This document shows, in pieces, positions 11,301 to 25,900 of a stretch of DNA of 64,000 nt. The stretch lies in NCBI GenBank assembly GCA_905178155.1, contig CAJINV010000012.1, positions 1,678,492 through 1,742,491 on the forward strand, in the 5' to 3' direction. The translations under genes and the position numbers were made by a program. How positions within the stretch are numbered: the first letter of the stretch is position 1; every line of letters begins with the position of its first letter. The stretch is from Amoebophrya sp. A120 (lineage: Eukaryota > Protista > Dinoflagellata). Under the pieces are notes generated by a model. That model saw only the letters and a list, made by a program, of their open reading frames with translations, was not told the origin of the DNA and did not search any database.

Positions 11301-14300
11301 TACTGGCGCTGCATCCCTAGGGCTAGGACATGCACGTGTACGAGATCCAGACCGAACGCGAACACGTGTTGTACGTGTACGGGGTGGCCCGGGAGGTGCA
11401 GACGCCAGTGGCGAAGGTGGACGTGGAGGAGGCGGCGGTGGTCCCCCCGTAGGAACTGCTGGCGGTACCCCCGATTCTCATGAAGGTTCTGGTCCTCTCG
11501 CAGATGAAGACCCCAATGCTGTGGTGCTCTTTCTGGGCTACGTGGATTTTGTACTTTCCGAACTCGCGGAACAGCTCCTCGTCGAACTCAAAATCCACGA
11601 AGCGGAGGAAGACGGGAGGAAACCCGATTCTTCATCATCTCTGGATGCTGCAGAATCGACGCCCGCCACGGTATCCAAATCATACACGTGCTCAGACCTG
11701 CTCGAGGTCGTGGAATGGTGCTGGGGATCTTTTCTATGCAAAAAATCAATTTGGGTGTTCGGGCATTCACGGTTTGCATGCCCGGAGTCACTATGTTCGT
11801 GTTCGATGGAGGTCTTCCTCTTCAATTGTTTCTATCGACTTGGCAATGTTAGTGTTACAGTAGAAATAAAAGTACTTACTTAACAAAGTACTTCATCAAC
11901 ACGCGGTGTGCTTCGACGTGTAGTTGATGTATCCATTATCCGTGTTCAATCACTGTACTAGCTGTAGCTGTACCTGGAAGCCGGGTCTATGTACAATGCA
12001 GGTGTGTGTCGAGATTGGTGATCAGCATGACGATTACTTGGTTGCATGAAGAGCTGCGCGCCATTCTTCGCTTCCTGTCTTTCAGTGCAGAAGGGCGAGA
12101 TGCAGCTCGGGAGGCACTTAAATACCACACGTCTCCCCTTGTTGTGCGGGTCTGAGCATATTTCTGTTGGATACTGGGACACCGAGCTTGTTAAGGTCGT
12201 CGAACTAAGTATCAGGCTGAAAAATGTTAATGTTTTCCTTGTGCAGTTTCGGTAGAGACTTCTGCATTTTTTGTGGGTACGACTACCAAGAAAGAAAATT
12301 GTAGGCAAGCCCATCTTTGCGTGCGAGATTCACCAGCCCCGACCTGCTGTGGATGGGGGCTTTCTAAAGGCGCCCACCGCTTGTGCACGTAGGTTCGTTG
12401 CATGATGACGGTCGCGCAGCTGATCAGGCCATAAATTGCTATATCTAATGAACAATTCATGCTGGCAGACAGCTAAAGTCATTCAGCTAAAGTCAATACT
12501 GTGAAAAAAGCTCGGCGGGCTTCTTTTTCTACCTGATACTCAAGGGCCCATCGGACAAACCAGTCACAGTCGTAGCCGCGACCGGAACGGTAGCTGCGAG
12601 GGACATGGCGGCAGCATTGTGGTATGCATTGCAAGTCTGTCTGGGTCTGGAACAGGGCAACTTGTGATGCTGAGTCCGAAGTAGCCAAAAATCTGTCTTG
12701 CAAAGAGAGCAAAAAGTGTGCGCTTTTTGTTTCTTGAACAAGAGGGAACTTCTCATGCAGGCTCGGCATGGAAATGCCTCAGCAGACCTTGTCATGCTCT
12801 GCGTGCAGTCCAGTCCTTCTCCTTGTTCTTGCAGGTTCAAAAAATACATGATCATGACATTCTTCCAGACCCAGACATATTTGCAGTTGATATCCGGTAC
12901 GCGATGACGATTGAAAAGGATTGGGTACAGAGTATCGCGGGCAGCATCGACCTGATCGTGGAGCGCCTCAAAAATCTCGATCGGAAATACCCGATGATAG
13001 CCGCTGCGTTCGCCGCCACGGGTGCAGCGAGTCTGGTGCTGATTCCGGGCGCCTCGGCTGCACTCGGTGCTGCAATTGCAGCAGCACCAAAAGTCGCAGA
13101 GGTCGCACGGCATGCCAATGTAGCTGCACACATTGGTCTCATCGTGTCGAGGATGATTGCAAAACTACCCCATGTACCGGGCTTCCCTGCCTGGACCGAT
13201 CTCCGATCGAAGGTTCTTGCTCAGGCGGCGCGAAGAGACGCAGGGTTCACTACCATACAGGAGGAGCTAAAGCTAGCAGCTGATGAGCCAGAATCTCCCG
13301 CTGCGTCATCTACCACGACTGCGACGTTCACACTAGCGCTAGCAACTGGTGGCAGGACCATTACGGAATGGCTGGTCGACTCTTTGGTTCTTCCGGATGA
13401 TTGGGGACTTGCGTTTCCTGTATCGCTTGAGGCAAGTTTCCAGCCGCATTGCTTCGCAGCTCACGCTCGGCTGCCCCCAATCATCGGCAAAACAACACCT
13501 GCTATCGCGTTCAGCATTTTCTTCCACACCGTCATCGTAGAGAAGGTCTGGGACTTTTTCATGGACGCGATCGTAAAGGAGCGCATCTTACACCCCCTGT
13601 ACAAATGGGGTGCCTGGGCGCTCCTTTCTGACGACACCGCGCAGGTTCTCTTCAATCCCGACAGCGTCGTCTACCAAGACGAGGTGCGGGAGCTTGATGA
13701 CCTCATTGAAAGACTGAAAGCGAAGGATATCGAACCTGAGGCAGCCTTGGAATTCGCTGAAAAGATACATCAAAAGAAAGCCGCCAAACGCGAAGCGAAG
13801 AGCTCATGGAGAACATGGCTGGAGGAAAAGGTTTTTGATTATGGTCCAACAAAGGAAAGAGACCCGAACTACACTGCCTTACTGGGCAAAGTGTTGGAGG
13901 GACTGAAAAACGACCCGCAGACCCCAAAGGAAGCGATTGGCGAGGACGTCCGCGAAGATTCTCCATCTACATCACCCCGTGAATTGCTTCGCGAAGATCA
14001 GCTCTTAGGAATGGGGAAACAGCCGCCGCAAAACTTCAAGATGGTCGAGGCTCTGCCCCTATCAATTGCAAATATGTCTGGGTCTGGAAACTTGTGGCGC
14101 TGCTTGAGAAAAGCGAGGACGCCAACGCCTCCATTGAGTGGCAAGCATGACAGGTCTTGGGGGTGCTACAGTATTGTCTTTTCTGCATGGCACAGCGAGC
14201 TTTGTTTTGCAAGACAGAACAGTGGGGCTTTTGTGTAATGCGCAGGACAGACTTGAGAGTCAGACGAGCATGACAAGAAACCCTGGATCTTTCCAGACCC

Positions 14301-15804
14301 AGCCATTTTTGCAGTTGATAGTCCCTTAGCTACTCTCCTGAAACGAGTCTCCCTCCTTCGTCGCCGTCGTCCAGCGCCGCTGATTCGCCTTCATCGTCGT
14401 CAGGAGGAACGAGTTCGACTTCAACCTTGACTCTCACAGATAACGATAAGCAGGTGCTGGACTCAAGAGTGGGTCCTTTCCTTGAAGATGAAGGCGGGGC
14501 CGCAACCGATCCCGCCGAGGGCGGCAGCTATTCAGCTGCACAACTGGGAACTGCCGGCGCCACTGACGCAACCAAGAACACGATGATTGCACCAGCAGGG
14601 GGATTTTCGCCCCGCGGGAATGAACAAGATGCCGCACGACTTGCAGTCAACACTGGCCTCGGACCGAAGGGGCCCACGACTTCCTCCGTTCTTGCAACTA
14701 CAGCAAGTAGCAGCGGCCCTGTCGCGCAACTAGAAGATCATCAATCTGGGTCCTCTTCTGGTGTAGTGCTGCCGGACCCGCTGCCCGGTAGAAGGAGTGC
14801 CCCAACTACAAAGGAGCTGCGCCACGACAGTTTGTCGCAGACGTCGTCGCCCGCAACACCGGCGCAACTCGGTGCAGAGCATGCCAATGTGCAGCATGCG
14901 GCGGCTGCGCCCCGTAGTAGCGAACTAGGACGAGCTTCGGAGTGGCAAAAACGGCAGATCATGATCGAGAACACCCAACAGGATTACAACACGAAGCTCG
15001 GAAGAATCGACGCAGCAAGCACTGTATGCATTGCAAATATGTCTGGGTCTGGAAAAGTGCATTTGTTTTTCATGCATCTACTTCTGCCACACCCACAGGT
15101 GGGTGGTCTGGATCTGAAATACACGCGAAGATACGCTTACAGGTTTCGGATGAGAAATTCGTATATTTGTACAGCAAAAAGTGGGCGCCAGCGTTTCTTG
15201 GCAGTCGTCATACAATAGTACAGATGTCTTTGCCTCCTGCTCAGTATGAGTTAGCGCCGCAATTTGGAAGTGGAACAAAGCTTCCCGACCCAAACACATT
15301 TGCAATGCAGACACCGAAGATAGCCCCCCGGCAGGAGCAGGACGACAACCCCCCGTCGCCGACCGTGGCACGACGAGGAACCAAGAAAACCCCGATGACT
15401 CCCACCTACCCGGACAGCAGACGGCCACTGCTACGGAGCAGCAGCCTGTGGGAGACCTGACGCGGCACCCGCACGAGGACGACGGGGACCCCACGAAACT
15501 GGACACGCAGTCAGCCACAACTGCGCTGGACACGACCGTCGTCCCGGACACGAGCAAACAAGGCAAGATCTTCGGACCAGTAGGAATCGGGCCGCCCCAC
15601 GGGGAGGACATCAATGCTGCACCTCTTCCCGCTGATCTTGTAGCACTCGGACGACCAAATGAACAATCATCTTCCGCAAAAGCTACAGCAACAACGACTG
15701 CGGCCGCGAGGTGGACCCCGACTGCTTCAATGCCAGATGAACAGGAGGAATCCGCAGGGACCGACGGCGATCAGGAAGGGAGACCCAACGTCCTCGGGTC
15801 GTGA
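8352..15804 (+). CDS. Large S/T/N-rich low-complexity, probably secreted or membrane protein of unknown function (paralog A); multi-exon
   Basis: Long open exons (8878-~9436, ~9663-11700, 12898-14059, 14326-15024, 15317-15804); hydrophobic segment LQVFFLLQSFYLV; many N-x-T sequons; blocks shared with paralog B (EKSDLFPLGKVVAGLWSW, QQD(D)E..IYSFLEL, PPQD..LSWVG). Internal exon structure at 11700-12600 unresolved. Confidence 0.7.
8719..8872. mobile_element. Introner family A
   Basis: TAT...ATA, AGCATCGTACT TIR; DR CCGCG/CCACG. Confidence 0.8.
12623..12892. mobile_element. Introner family A2
   Basis: TGTCTGGGTCTGGAA TIR; DR TGTGG/TCCGG. Confidence 0.8.
14060..14320. mobile_element. Introner family A2
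   Basis: TATCAATTGCAAA/TTTGCAGTTGATA; DR GCCCC/GTCCC; joins the 12718 and 14427 ORFs in frame. Confidence 0.85.
15025..15311. mobile_element. Introner family A2
   Basis: TATGCATTGCAAAT TIR (right end AGA); DR CACTG/CACCG; joins the 14427 and 15448 ORFs. Confidence 0.8.
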
Positions 15805-16901
15805 TTCCTCTGGAGAAATACAACGAAAAATGAAAAGGAACGTACTAAAGGAGACACCGTGCAAGAACTCTCTTGAGAATACAGCCCCAGTTCGTCGAAC
15901 TTTTCAGGTGCAGTATCTTTGTCTGCGTTGATTCTTAACAGACAAGTAGAACGTGTATAATCTATACCATCATGTAACAACCCTATGTATCAAACAACCC
16001 AAGAAGACTATAAAACCCTTCTACGCTGATAGGAAATACAGCGGACCAAATTGAGATTTTGCAAAAAGTATCTATCAAATGCACCAAAAAATCGGCATGC
16101 GTACTATTGTATGTACTTTATTTGAAGCGCTGAGCATGAAACTCCTTGTATTATGTCGGTGTAAAGAAGAAGTATCCTTCCTATCTCAAGACCGTCATGA
16201 CGATGGTAGCGGTACAGGCCACGGAAGTTGGTGGTCTTGCTTAAAAATCCGATTCGCCTTGTTCCTCCCAAAACCAAAGAGCAGACACGATCGATAAATT
16301 CGACGAAAGAACAGGTAAAAAGCTGCCTCTAGCTGATGTACTACATGTACTGTGTGTGATCGCGCAACGGGAAACTTTGTGGTTTTGTTTTTGAGGCAGT
16401 GAAAACTCAAACTGTCCAAATTCGTTTCTTCTTCAACCGCTCGAGAGGACGAGGCGATAGCTGTCGCGTCAGAGAGTTGTAGTTTAGTTTTGTGGTAGGA
16501 CAGATCGAGAGGCGCAGGATTTTTCGTCGAGAGCGGTGACTTATGAAGGTTGACACAAATTAAGTGTTAAAGCTTGGCACTGCCACTGGCAGTCGTAGCC
16601 TGATGCAGATTCATCTGTGCGAACGCGGGTAGTACAGTGCGTGGCTATACTTAGTCTCGGACGAGCAACTCTTCTGGCTTCCATTTTGATATGCTGATGC
16701 GCATCGAGTTTAAGACTAGCACTAGATTGATGGGACGCACACGTTGTGGTGCAACGACTAGTAATATGCACGTACGACTACGAGCAGCATAAGCAAACTG
16801 TACAACTTGTTCTGGCAAGGGGCTGCAAGTTGGTTCCTTGGTCACCGAATCATGAGTAACAACTGCGGGTAGGCCGCCTTGGGACGACGACGAGCAACAA
16901 G

Positions 16902-19900
16902 ATGGACAACTACAGTAGGCCGCTGCCGGTGACCTCTGCTCAGTTCCGCAGTAGCAGGGAAGTGCTTCGCGGTCGGACTACAATTAAGGGTTGAAAAAAT
17001 TAAGGTTTACATCAGGGTTTTGGTTCGTGGTTTCATAGATTTCGCAGCCCCCGCCTTTGTCCCTCTTCGCACCGCCCGGCAGTTGTCCAGGTGGTGCCTT
17101 GGTTCGTATTTCGTCTGGCTGGCAAAACCAAAGCCGCCGGGCCTTCAGAGCTGAAGGCCCNNNNNNNNNNNNNNNNNNNNNNNNNNNNNNNNNNNNNNNN
17201 NNNNNNNNNNNNNNNNNNNNNNNNNNNNNNNNNNNNNNNNNNNNNNNNNNNNNNNNNNNNNNNNNNNNNNNNNNNNNNNNNNNNNNNNNNNNNNNNNNNN
17301 NNNNNNNNNNNNNNNNNNNNNNNNNNNNNNNNNNNNNNNNNNNNNNNNNNNNNNNNNNNNNNNNNNNNNNNNNNNNNNNNNNNNNNNNNNNNNNNNNNNN
17401 NNNNNNNNNNNNNNNNNNNNNNNNNNNNNNNNNNNNNNNNNNNNNNNNNNNNNNNNNNNNNNNNNNNNNNNNNNNNNNNNNNNNNNNNNNNNNNNNNNNN
17501 NNNNNNNNNNNNNNNNNNNNNNNNNNNNNNNNNNNNNNNNNNNNNNNNNTGTTCTGGGCGGGTTTGTTCGCCCATATCGTGCCCAGGCAACCTGCCTGGC
17601 CTTGCAAGTTACTTGGGGCGAGTGACAGGGCGCCCGGTTGCTCTGCCTCCGGATCTCGTTCCGCAGTCTTGCGGGACAACGTTCGGAGGCAGAGGTAGAT
17701 CACCATCCTGGCCAGCCAAAGAGATGCTTGCCCCCGTGATGGCTGCCGCCAAAGCGGCAGGGTTTTGGTCAGGGTTTTGATCCGAAAAGGCTCACCGCAA
17801 TCGAAGCAAAAACTTATTTTTTTCGGGAGCTTCCCCCGAGCTAATAAAATAAGTTTTTGCTTTCGCTTTGCTCTCCTTTTTGTCGCCGAAAGTGTGGAGC
17901 TGTTCTGGGCGGGTTTGTTCGCCCAAATCGTGCCCAGGCAACCTGCCTTATGACGGGCCCGCCTGGATGGGACCCAATCTGAAATTATCTCCGATTTTTT
18001 TAAGATTTTTTTTTTTGAAAAAAATTTTTGCCTCGGTAAAATGCTGCAACGCCGCCTCCGTCTCCTGACTAAGTTTGCGAATGTCAATCCATCATCGCAT
18101 TCTGCTGTTTCTTCCTTACATTTGAATCGAGAGAAAACGTGTATAGTAGCTGTATTCTTTGCATGAGGTGAAAGTGTATAGATCGCATAGATGCTCTACC
18201 TACCTTGTGTTCTGTTTTTTTACCACGATGGGATGCGTCGGTTGTTTTTTTATGTTGAGCTGAGAGATAGTTTAAGTAGAAACACACAATCCCACTTAAG
18301 CGCCTCTAGCGACTGTATTTAGCTACTGAAAAACTAAAGTTGTTGTCAGTCGCCGCACAACCGCATCACGGCGCGAAAGCCCGTCGCTGATTTCGCCGAT
18401 GTCCGCGCACCGTCTGATCGCTATCCAAGTCTCCTCCTTCGCCCGTTATTCCACCGCTTTTCCACCGCTGAATCTTGACGAGGCTCCGATATCCCGCAGA
18501 CACCGACGCTTCGCGATCCGCACCGCAAATTCGCTGATTGTGATACGCGGAAGAGCAGGGGCTTGGCGATCCTCGTATTAGTAGGCGGGACGCCAAGCAA
18601 TGAAACAAAAACGCAAAGACCGCTGACGTCGAGCCATTCTTTTTCTACATCTCTTTCCTCACACTTCTATTCTTGATCTCAGTCTTTTCGTCGCTGTAAA
18701 CTTAAAGGAAGTCATCACTGTATAATTAGGCGCGGCTGTTTGTATGATTAAGTAATAAATTTTGAAAAGATCTTCACATACGCAGTATGTTTGGGATGCG
18801 ATCTGTATTTGTATGCCGCCCAGCGAGGCGGCGAATTTATGAATTTTGCGAAGGAACTTTTGGCGCATTTTGTATGATCTAGTTGTCGCCGTGAGCGATG
18901 TGATTTGTGGTGGGGAAAAGTGATGTCTTTGGTACCTTTACGAACTCTTTCTTTCGCCGCAGGATCTTACTCTTTCTTCCGCAGCATCGCAGTGATAGCA
19001 GACCGCGAACTACGCCAGCACTTCAGCAGCTAAATACAAGTCGCAAATCTAGTCGTGTTTTGTTACAGGTATAGACGGTTAATATCTGTCGGCGCGCGCA
19101 TGATGATTGTGATCACAGGTCGACATGGAGCTCTGCGAAGAGCCTATGATTGGCAATGCGAACTTCTCATCTGAAATCGCCCCGGCAGTATAGCACTCAA
19201 TGTTCTCACAGTATGAAACAGCGCTTTTTTTCACATTCATATAAATTGCAGCCTGTGTCACGAAATCGCCATCATTATTGCGCGGAGCAGTCGAATTTGG
19301 CGTGAAGAACTAAACTTGTAATAGGTAGAAGTAATGTTGCAACTCAAGCTCCACCGCTTACGACAAAGGCTTTTCTTCTACTTGTATCACACTCACCGAC
19401 GCCGCATCTATCGACATCTACCTCCATCGACCGAAATCGCAATGCTTTTTTCACCGACAAAGCAGCCTCCTACTGCTCTACTTCTTTCTGCCTAAGCTTT
19501 CCTATTCAAACCGACCGACACTTCTGCCACAGATTCCAGATATAGCCGCTTGCTTACCACCGCAGAACCGACGCCATGACTTCAGTTTCCTTTTCGTGCG
19601 AGCATCTTTGTCACCGGGATCACACCATGCTACGCTGAGCTTCGCTTCGTTTTAAAATAAAATTAAAATTTACATTTTGTGAAAACAGACGCAGCTTTTC
19701 CAGCTGGTCTGTTTTCAATATTGAAACATTATGTTTTGTTCAAACAACAGCTTACGCATCCCGTTTCAGAAGTGATTAATTATATTTTACTATATGAAAT
19801 TTTTTTTCCCAACATGTATGTAGTGCTTTTAAATCACTTCTGTTTCCCGCTCCTTATTTACTGCGTGGTGCTGATATGTTGCCCTCCGCCGCGTGTAAGT

Positions 19901-22900
19901 CTGTTGGCGTGGTTCTCCTACCACCAGGCGTCAAAGTTTTCTTTACGAAAAAATTGAACATCCTACTAAAATCATAGAGTGCCCCGCACTAGATGATCTA
20001 TAAGTATGCACTTTTACTTTATACTGTTTGTCATCTCGTGCAAAGCGGCAGAATTTGAAGTCTATTCATTTACTCAGACATAAAGTAGAAAGTACGCGGG
20101 AAAATAACCGTAAAAATTGCGATACTATTTTCGATAGTAAATCTTACAAGTATAATGATGTAAGTTTCCAATTTATTATATTAGTTCATTTAGTAGTCGC
20201 AGAATTTACATAGACGACACTAGGACAACTACTCCTCATCGTCCTGGTCATCATCCGCATTCGCCACCGGGGCCGGGGCAGCACCACCCGGGCGGTTCAA
20301 GTTCAACTGGATCCGGCGGCGCTGGGGCGGCGGTCCCATGTTGTTGACCGCGTTGGCGTTCAAGGCGGGATCACCGTTGGGGAGCTGGCGGGTGATTTCC
20401 ATCCAGAGCGACTGCTTCGGCGACGGGTGCAAGAACGAGTACGGCAAGACCAACGCGTTGTACGCACCGACGGCCTCATTGTACATACCTGATAATGTTG
20501 TTTTTGGAATATGTACTTGTAACTTTTTGCATCTTAAATACGCACGTTCATGCGGACATCATTTGTGATGCAATTTTCACCAAACCGCATCAGTACTTGA
20601 GTCAAGATTATCAACAACAAAGCAGCAATATGTACCAGCCGCCAAGGCGGTGCGCGCCGGTCCCTCTTCGAAACTCTGCATGCTCTGCACGAGCGGGAGG
20701 ATGAGCTCGTCGGTGTAGATGGTCAGCAGCGACGGGTACTCGGTGAACAAGCGGTTGCTCATGTCCTCGTTGTGCGTCAACATGTTCGCCGCCCGGTCCG
20801 CGTGGATGTTGGCGATCCCGTCCAAGTAGCACTGGATCATCGCCTTCATCATGTCAATCAACGACTTGAACTTGTGGCGGTTGGGCAACCGCTGGTGCAT
20901 CTCCAGCTGATCGCGCAAGTCGGTCACGTTCTGAATCGCCGGACGGTGGGCCCAGTCACGCAAGGTCTCGCACACGCCGCCGATCGCGCGGAGGCGGCCC
21001 TCCAACGTGAACATCTCGTCCTTCGCCCGATTCTCATCGAGGGTGAGCAAGTACCGCCGGAACTTGCCGGTGTACGGGTTGACGAAGTTGCCCGGCATTT
21101 TGGTGAACGGAATCACCGTCATGCCAATGAGCGCGGTGTGCAAACCCTGCAGGGTGACCAGAACCGGATGGGGATGGTCGAGCGACATCCAGTTGATCAA
21201 GCGCGTCAAGTAGTCCTGAAACCACGGCTGTCCCTGTTATTGTAGATTATGTGTAGTTCGTGATGCATGTGCTACATACCGTAGCAGCACTACGTAGGCA
21301 CCAAATAGATGTAGCAAAGCATCACTATCACCGATGGAAATAGATGTTACGAATGACGCTCGATCTCTCAATGCATTTCCAACAAAACAACTATATAAAA
21401 TCGCGCCAGATCCTTCAGCACCGCTTCGTTGATTCCGGCAAACCGGGCACGCTTCATGGCACCGATGATGAGGACCTCAGCACGCTCAGCGGTGTCCATC
21501 GCACGCATCAACTCCGGCAGAGTATGCAACTGCAAATAGATGAGGCGCATATTTTTGTCATGCAAGACAGCCTACTGCTGTCATGCGAAGCAGCTTATTT
21601 CTTTCCATTCTTTTTTTTTCTTGATTTCCTTTTGTTCACTGAGACTTGTTCTGGTTCTTTCTTTATGTACATTCTCTTTTCACAGTCCCATCCACGAAAG
21701 TATAGTAGTGTTCTAGTGAGAAACTCATCACTTGCCTGGAGCAAGAACTCCTCCACACGCCTCATCAGTTTTTTCTCATAAGCGGTGAAGCGGGCCTGAC
21801 CACCGCCGAGGAAGATACCCAAGTTGATCTCCATCTGCTTCAACAACTCCTCGACCGCGGAGAGACGCAGCATCTGATATTTGTGTTTTATTTTCATTAC
21901 AAAGAAAGACGCGCTCAAGTGTATTTGTGATGCAGTTTTCCGAAAAGTAATGCACGATCCAAGTGCAAGATAACGTATACGAAAAAGCACAAAGCTTGCG
22001 TGATTCTATCTGTACAAATTTCATGTAGAAACAGCCGTCGTTGTAGCACGAATGTAGTGTGTATCAAATCAAAATCATTCATACGTCGCTGGCCAGCTCC
22101 CAGAAGTGCTCCTGCAAGCTCTGACCACCGTTCTGGCCGGGCAGCTGCTGCAACTGGGTCTGGATCATCTCCTCCAACACCTGGATCTGACCAGACTCAA
22201 TGGCGTCCGAAATGACCTGCAGGCTCTCCTTGATCTCCGGCATGTTGCACCCGATACCAGTCACGAACGGGCGGGCCTGCGCAAAGCACCTGTTTTCATG
22301 CATGAAAAGATTATTACTTTCGCGATTGCGTGTCGTCTTTGCATCACAGTCTTTCGCATGTCTACACACCATCACATCATGCATATTCTAAATTGAAACA
22401 AACCAACACTCAATACCAGTTCCGGAACTCAAACAGCGTGCGGGGGCGGCGCTCGTTGCCCCGGACAAAGAGTCCTCCACGGAATAAGGCCGTGATGGCG
22501 GCACGTTCGCACTCGTCCTTGGCAAACTGGTCGTTGAGCATATGGATGAGACGATTGCAGGATCCGAGCGCCCGGAGGCTATTCTGTTCATCAGTCAGGG
22601 ACGCATAACGTCCCTGGAGATGGCGCTGTTGTAGTGGACGTGCATCATGTAGTTTTTTTGCATGAGAAGCTTGTATTTTCATCACAAATTCTTCGCATGA
22701 AAGCATCTAGCACAGCAGCAGCGGTTCTATGCATGACAAAAGCATCCTTTTTCCAAATTAAATACACTGAATCTCAACTCCTGGGCGGGGGTGGTGTGCT
22801 GAAAATCCAGCGAACTCAACCGGTTGACCTCAATGGCGATTTTGTCCGTCCGCGTGTACAAGAGGATGGAGCGGACGGCGGACGGAAGGTTCGCCATGCT

Positions 22901-25900
22901 GCGCGCGATCTGCTCTTCCGCGGGGTCCTGTAATTCACCAATCTGGACGGCGCTCAACTTGGACAAGTACTGGACGCGACTCAAACGCTATGCATATGAA
23001 AAAACGTCCTCAAAAGTGCCATGCTGTGCTTTCATGTAGACCTCAATTCCGCATGACAATTTCATACTTATTTCATACAAGATCATCGCATGACAAAAAG
23101 AGCATATTTTCCCACGAGAGCAACAACCTATTTTGCAAGACAAACAGATACTTCACATGCCAGAATACAATGGTGCTTTTGGGTTTTTGCAAATTACATA
23201 TAAGACGGGCGCCCGTCTTCTGCTCCTGGCGATAGATGGTGGACAAGGCGGCGATGTGGTTGGCGTCCACCTGTGTGTCATGGTATTAAAATTATTCATG
23301 ATATGCTCTTCATTTTTCGTGGTACATCAAGCACAACATGCATAAATCGAAGTAAGTTTTCAAATAGTACAATACCGGCATCGCCAGTTCGCGCAAGTAC
23401 GCCTCCGCGAACTCATTGGTGTTCTGGGCAGCAGCATTGCGTCGTTGTGCCATCTTGACTTCTTTTCTCAAAGAAAAGGAACTCTCAAGAGCAAAGGATC
23501 AAGTCCCGGATTTAGTTGCTACGGTTTTAGATTGAAAAAGGCGATAAAAGGTGGCTGCTTTTTAGTATGTGTAAAGGACAACGAAAGCAAAATCAAAAAC
23601 AAAATAAGGCGAAGGTAGAAAAGCAAAGGGCGGCCACGTGTTCTGATCCCCAAGATCCTTGTTAAACTGCGTAAAGATGTGGCTTTTTTTTCCTACTGTC
23701 ATCAATCCAAAGCTGTTTTTTACACTAATACACAACGCGCTCTCTCATCAGAAAAAAAACAAACAAAGAACCGACTTCAGATGGCCTTTCACAAACAGTT
23801 TCAGCATTTACGAGAACGACATCCACACGGACGCGGCCTGATCGCCTTGGACATGGACAGTCTCAGCGTCGCAAGATGCACAAAAAAAAAGTACAACTCT
23901 CAGCCTAAAGCGGTGCGTTATGATATTGATCTTTGATAGTTGTATCTGGCAGGTGTGAGTCAAAGCTGTGTTCGAGATTTGTCATGCATATCACACGTAA
24001 CAAAAGAGAACAGGTCAGGAGCATGCTCACGACCTGAAAGGCGTGGAGTTTCTGCTCAGCGCGCGAGCTTCGCGTGCTGTTTTTACGCTGCATACAGCGC
24101 AGCGAGATTTTCTTTCCTGCATGACAAATGTATGGCCCTGGCCTTATGTATATGACATACTTGCATGTAAAACTCTTTGACTTTTCCCCACTACTGCCAG
24201 TCTGGTTCTATATACTATGTTTTTACTCATGTGCGCTATGTTTTTTACTACTATGTACTATGGAACTCGTGCGCGTGACTAGTGTTGCTTGATTGTACAA
24301 AACTACATCGAACTCTTCTCGTTATTGCAGTGCATTATAGTGCGTTCTATCCTATTGATAATCTTACAGTATTTACTACATTATACAATCAGGTGGACAG
24401 GCAAGGCGGACGCGGTAGCTTGCTTCTATGCCACCGTCAGTTTGGCCATGGTGATCTCAGAGGTGCCGCGCCGTGTCGTTCATCATCAACAAGTAGAGCG
24501 CGGCTTCCAAGTCCCAGGTCACGAAGCGTCATCGTCCATGCCACAGGTGCTGCCAGAAGGTGTCGGACGTGCCGTCCGTGACCACCGTTGCCCAGTCCAC
24601 AAGAGAATTATACAAGAGGAGCTAAATATTGATCGTCATTCTGCCGCTTTACCTACTTATAAGCTGGTACTTTTACTTGCTCAAAATCAACGGCTTTTCG
24701 TAGAGCTAGAATTCCTAAAAGAAAATAGATGTTTTGAAGAGTCAAAAATAGATATTTTGCGAGACTCAAAGTGGAGCACTTTCTACTTTGGAAAGTGAAT
24801 TGGAGCTATCTTTTTTCTGAGCGACAAAATATACAAAAAGATATTTTTAGCCGACCTATATTCAGTTATTTCCGGAGCTTAGTTTTTTTCGCGATACATG
24901 GCCGGAAGAAAGTTATTTTGGAAAATCCAGGAGATATTTTGAGTGAGAGAAAAAGAGGCATTTTGCGAGGTCTTTCTGAGAGAGCATTTTTTGAAGTACA
25001 AAAATCATACAAGAAGAGCAAGAATTTACTGAAGTTACATGTGTGTTCTTTTCCTACGACTTGCTGCGCAACGACATCTGCAGCTACGCCACCACCGGGC
25101 CATCCAGCAACGTATCCGCCCACGCTTCCTTTCCATTCTCCGCTTTATCCTGCTTCTTCGTCTTCGCTTTGATCTTCTGCTTCTTTTCCAGAAGCACCGT
25201 CGCCAACTCCAGTTCCTCCGCGCTGATTTTGCGAAAGTCGATCCAGTCCCCGGTAGCTGCGGATGGATCCATGTAGAGAAACGCATTTGCCGACACTTCC
25301 ATCATCGCGCCAAACTCCTTCTGCTTCGCTTTGTCGCCGTTCGTCCGCTGTGCAGCAAATTCCCGTATCTCCTTGGAGTACTCGGCATATTGGGCTCGCA
25401 GAATAGCCAGATCTTCTGGCTTCGACACCTGCAGGTAGTTCTTATCATCTCCTGCGTTCTCCGTCAAGAACCGCGTCCGCATCGCCCACCCGTTCAACAA
25501 CGCTTCCACCCACAACGGACCCTCCTTTTCGGCGTACCGCATCGACCGCATCGGCCGCGCCGTGGATTGGCATTTGAAGTCGATACCGGGATGCAGCAGC
25601 AACTTCTTGATTTTCTTCGCCAAACCGCTGTCGATGCACTTGGTCGACAGTCGCACCGAATCGCGACCAGTCTGTTTTTTGTCGAATACGGTGGAAGCCT
25701 CGATGCACTTGAAGCCGGCTACGCGGGTGGAAAGCAGCATATTCGCCACCTTTTGCCGTTCGTCCTGGTGGAGCTGGTAATTCTTTGCATCGATCACCAT
25801 CTGCGCGATCTTGCTCAACACCTGCGTCCCACCTTGGGTTTCCGCCTGCGTGGAAGATTGGGTAGTAGCAGCGCCAGCAGTTACGGTATGCGTTTTCCGA

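Noticed and set aside
16984-18087. ORFs spanning the N gap and 351-bp repeats (also 33823-36400)
   Set aside because: Translations of non-coding repeat units and Ns; no protein features.
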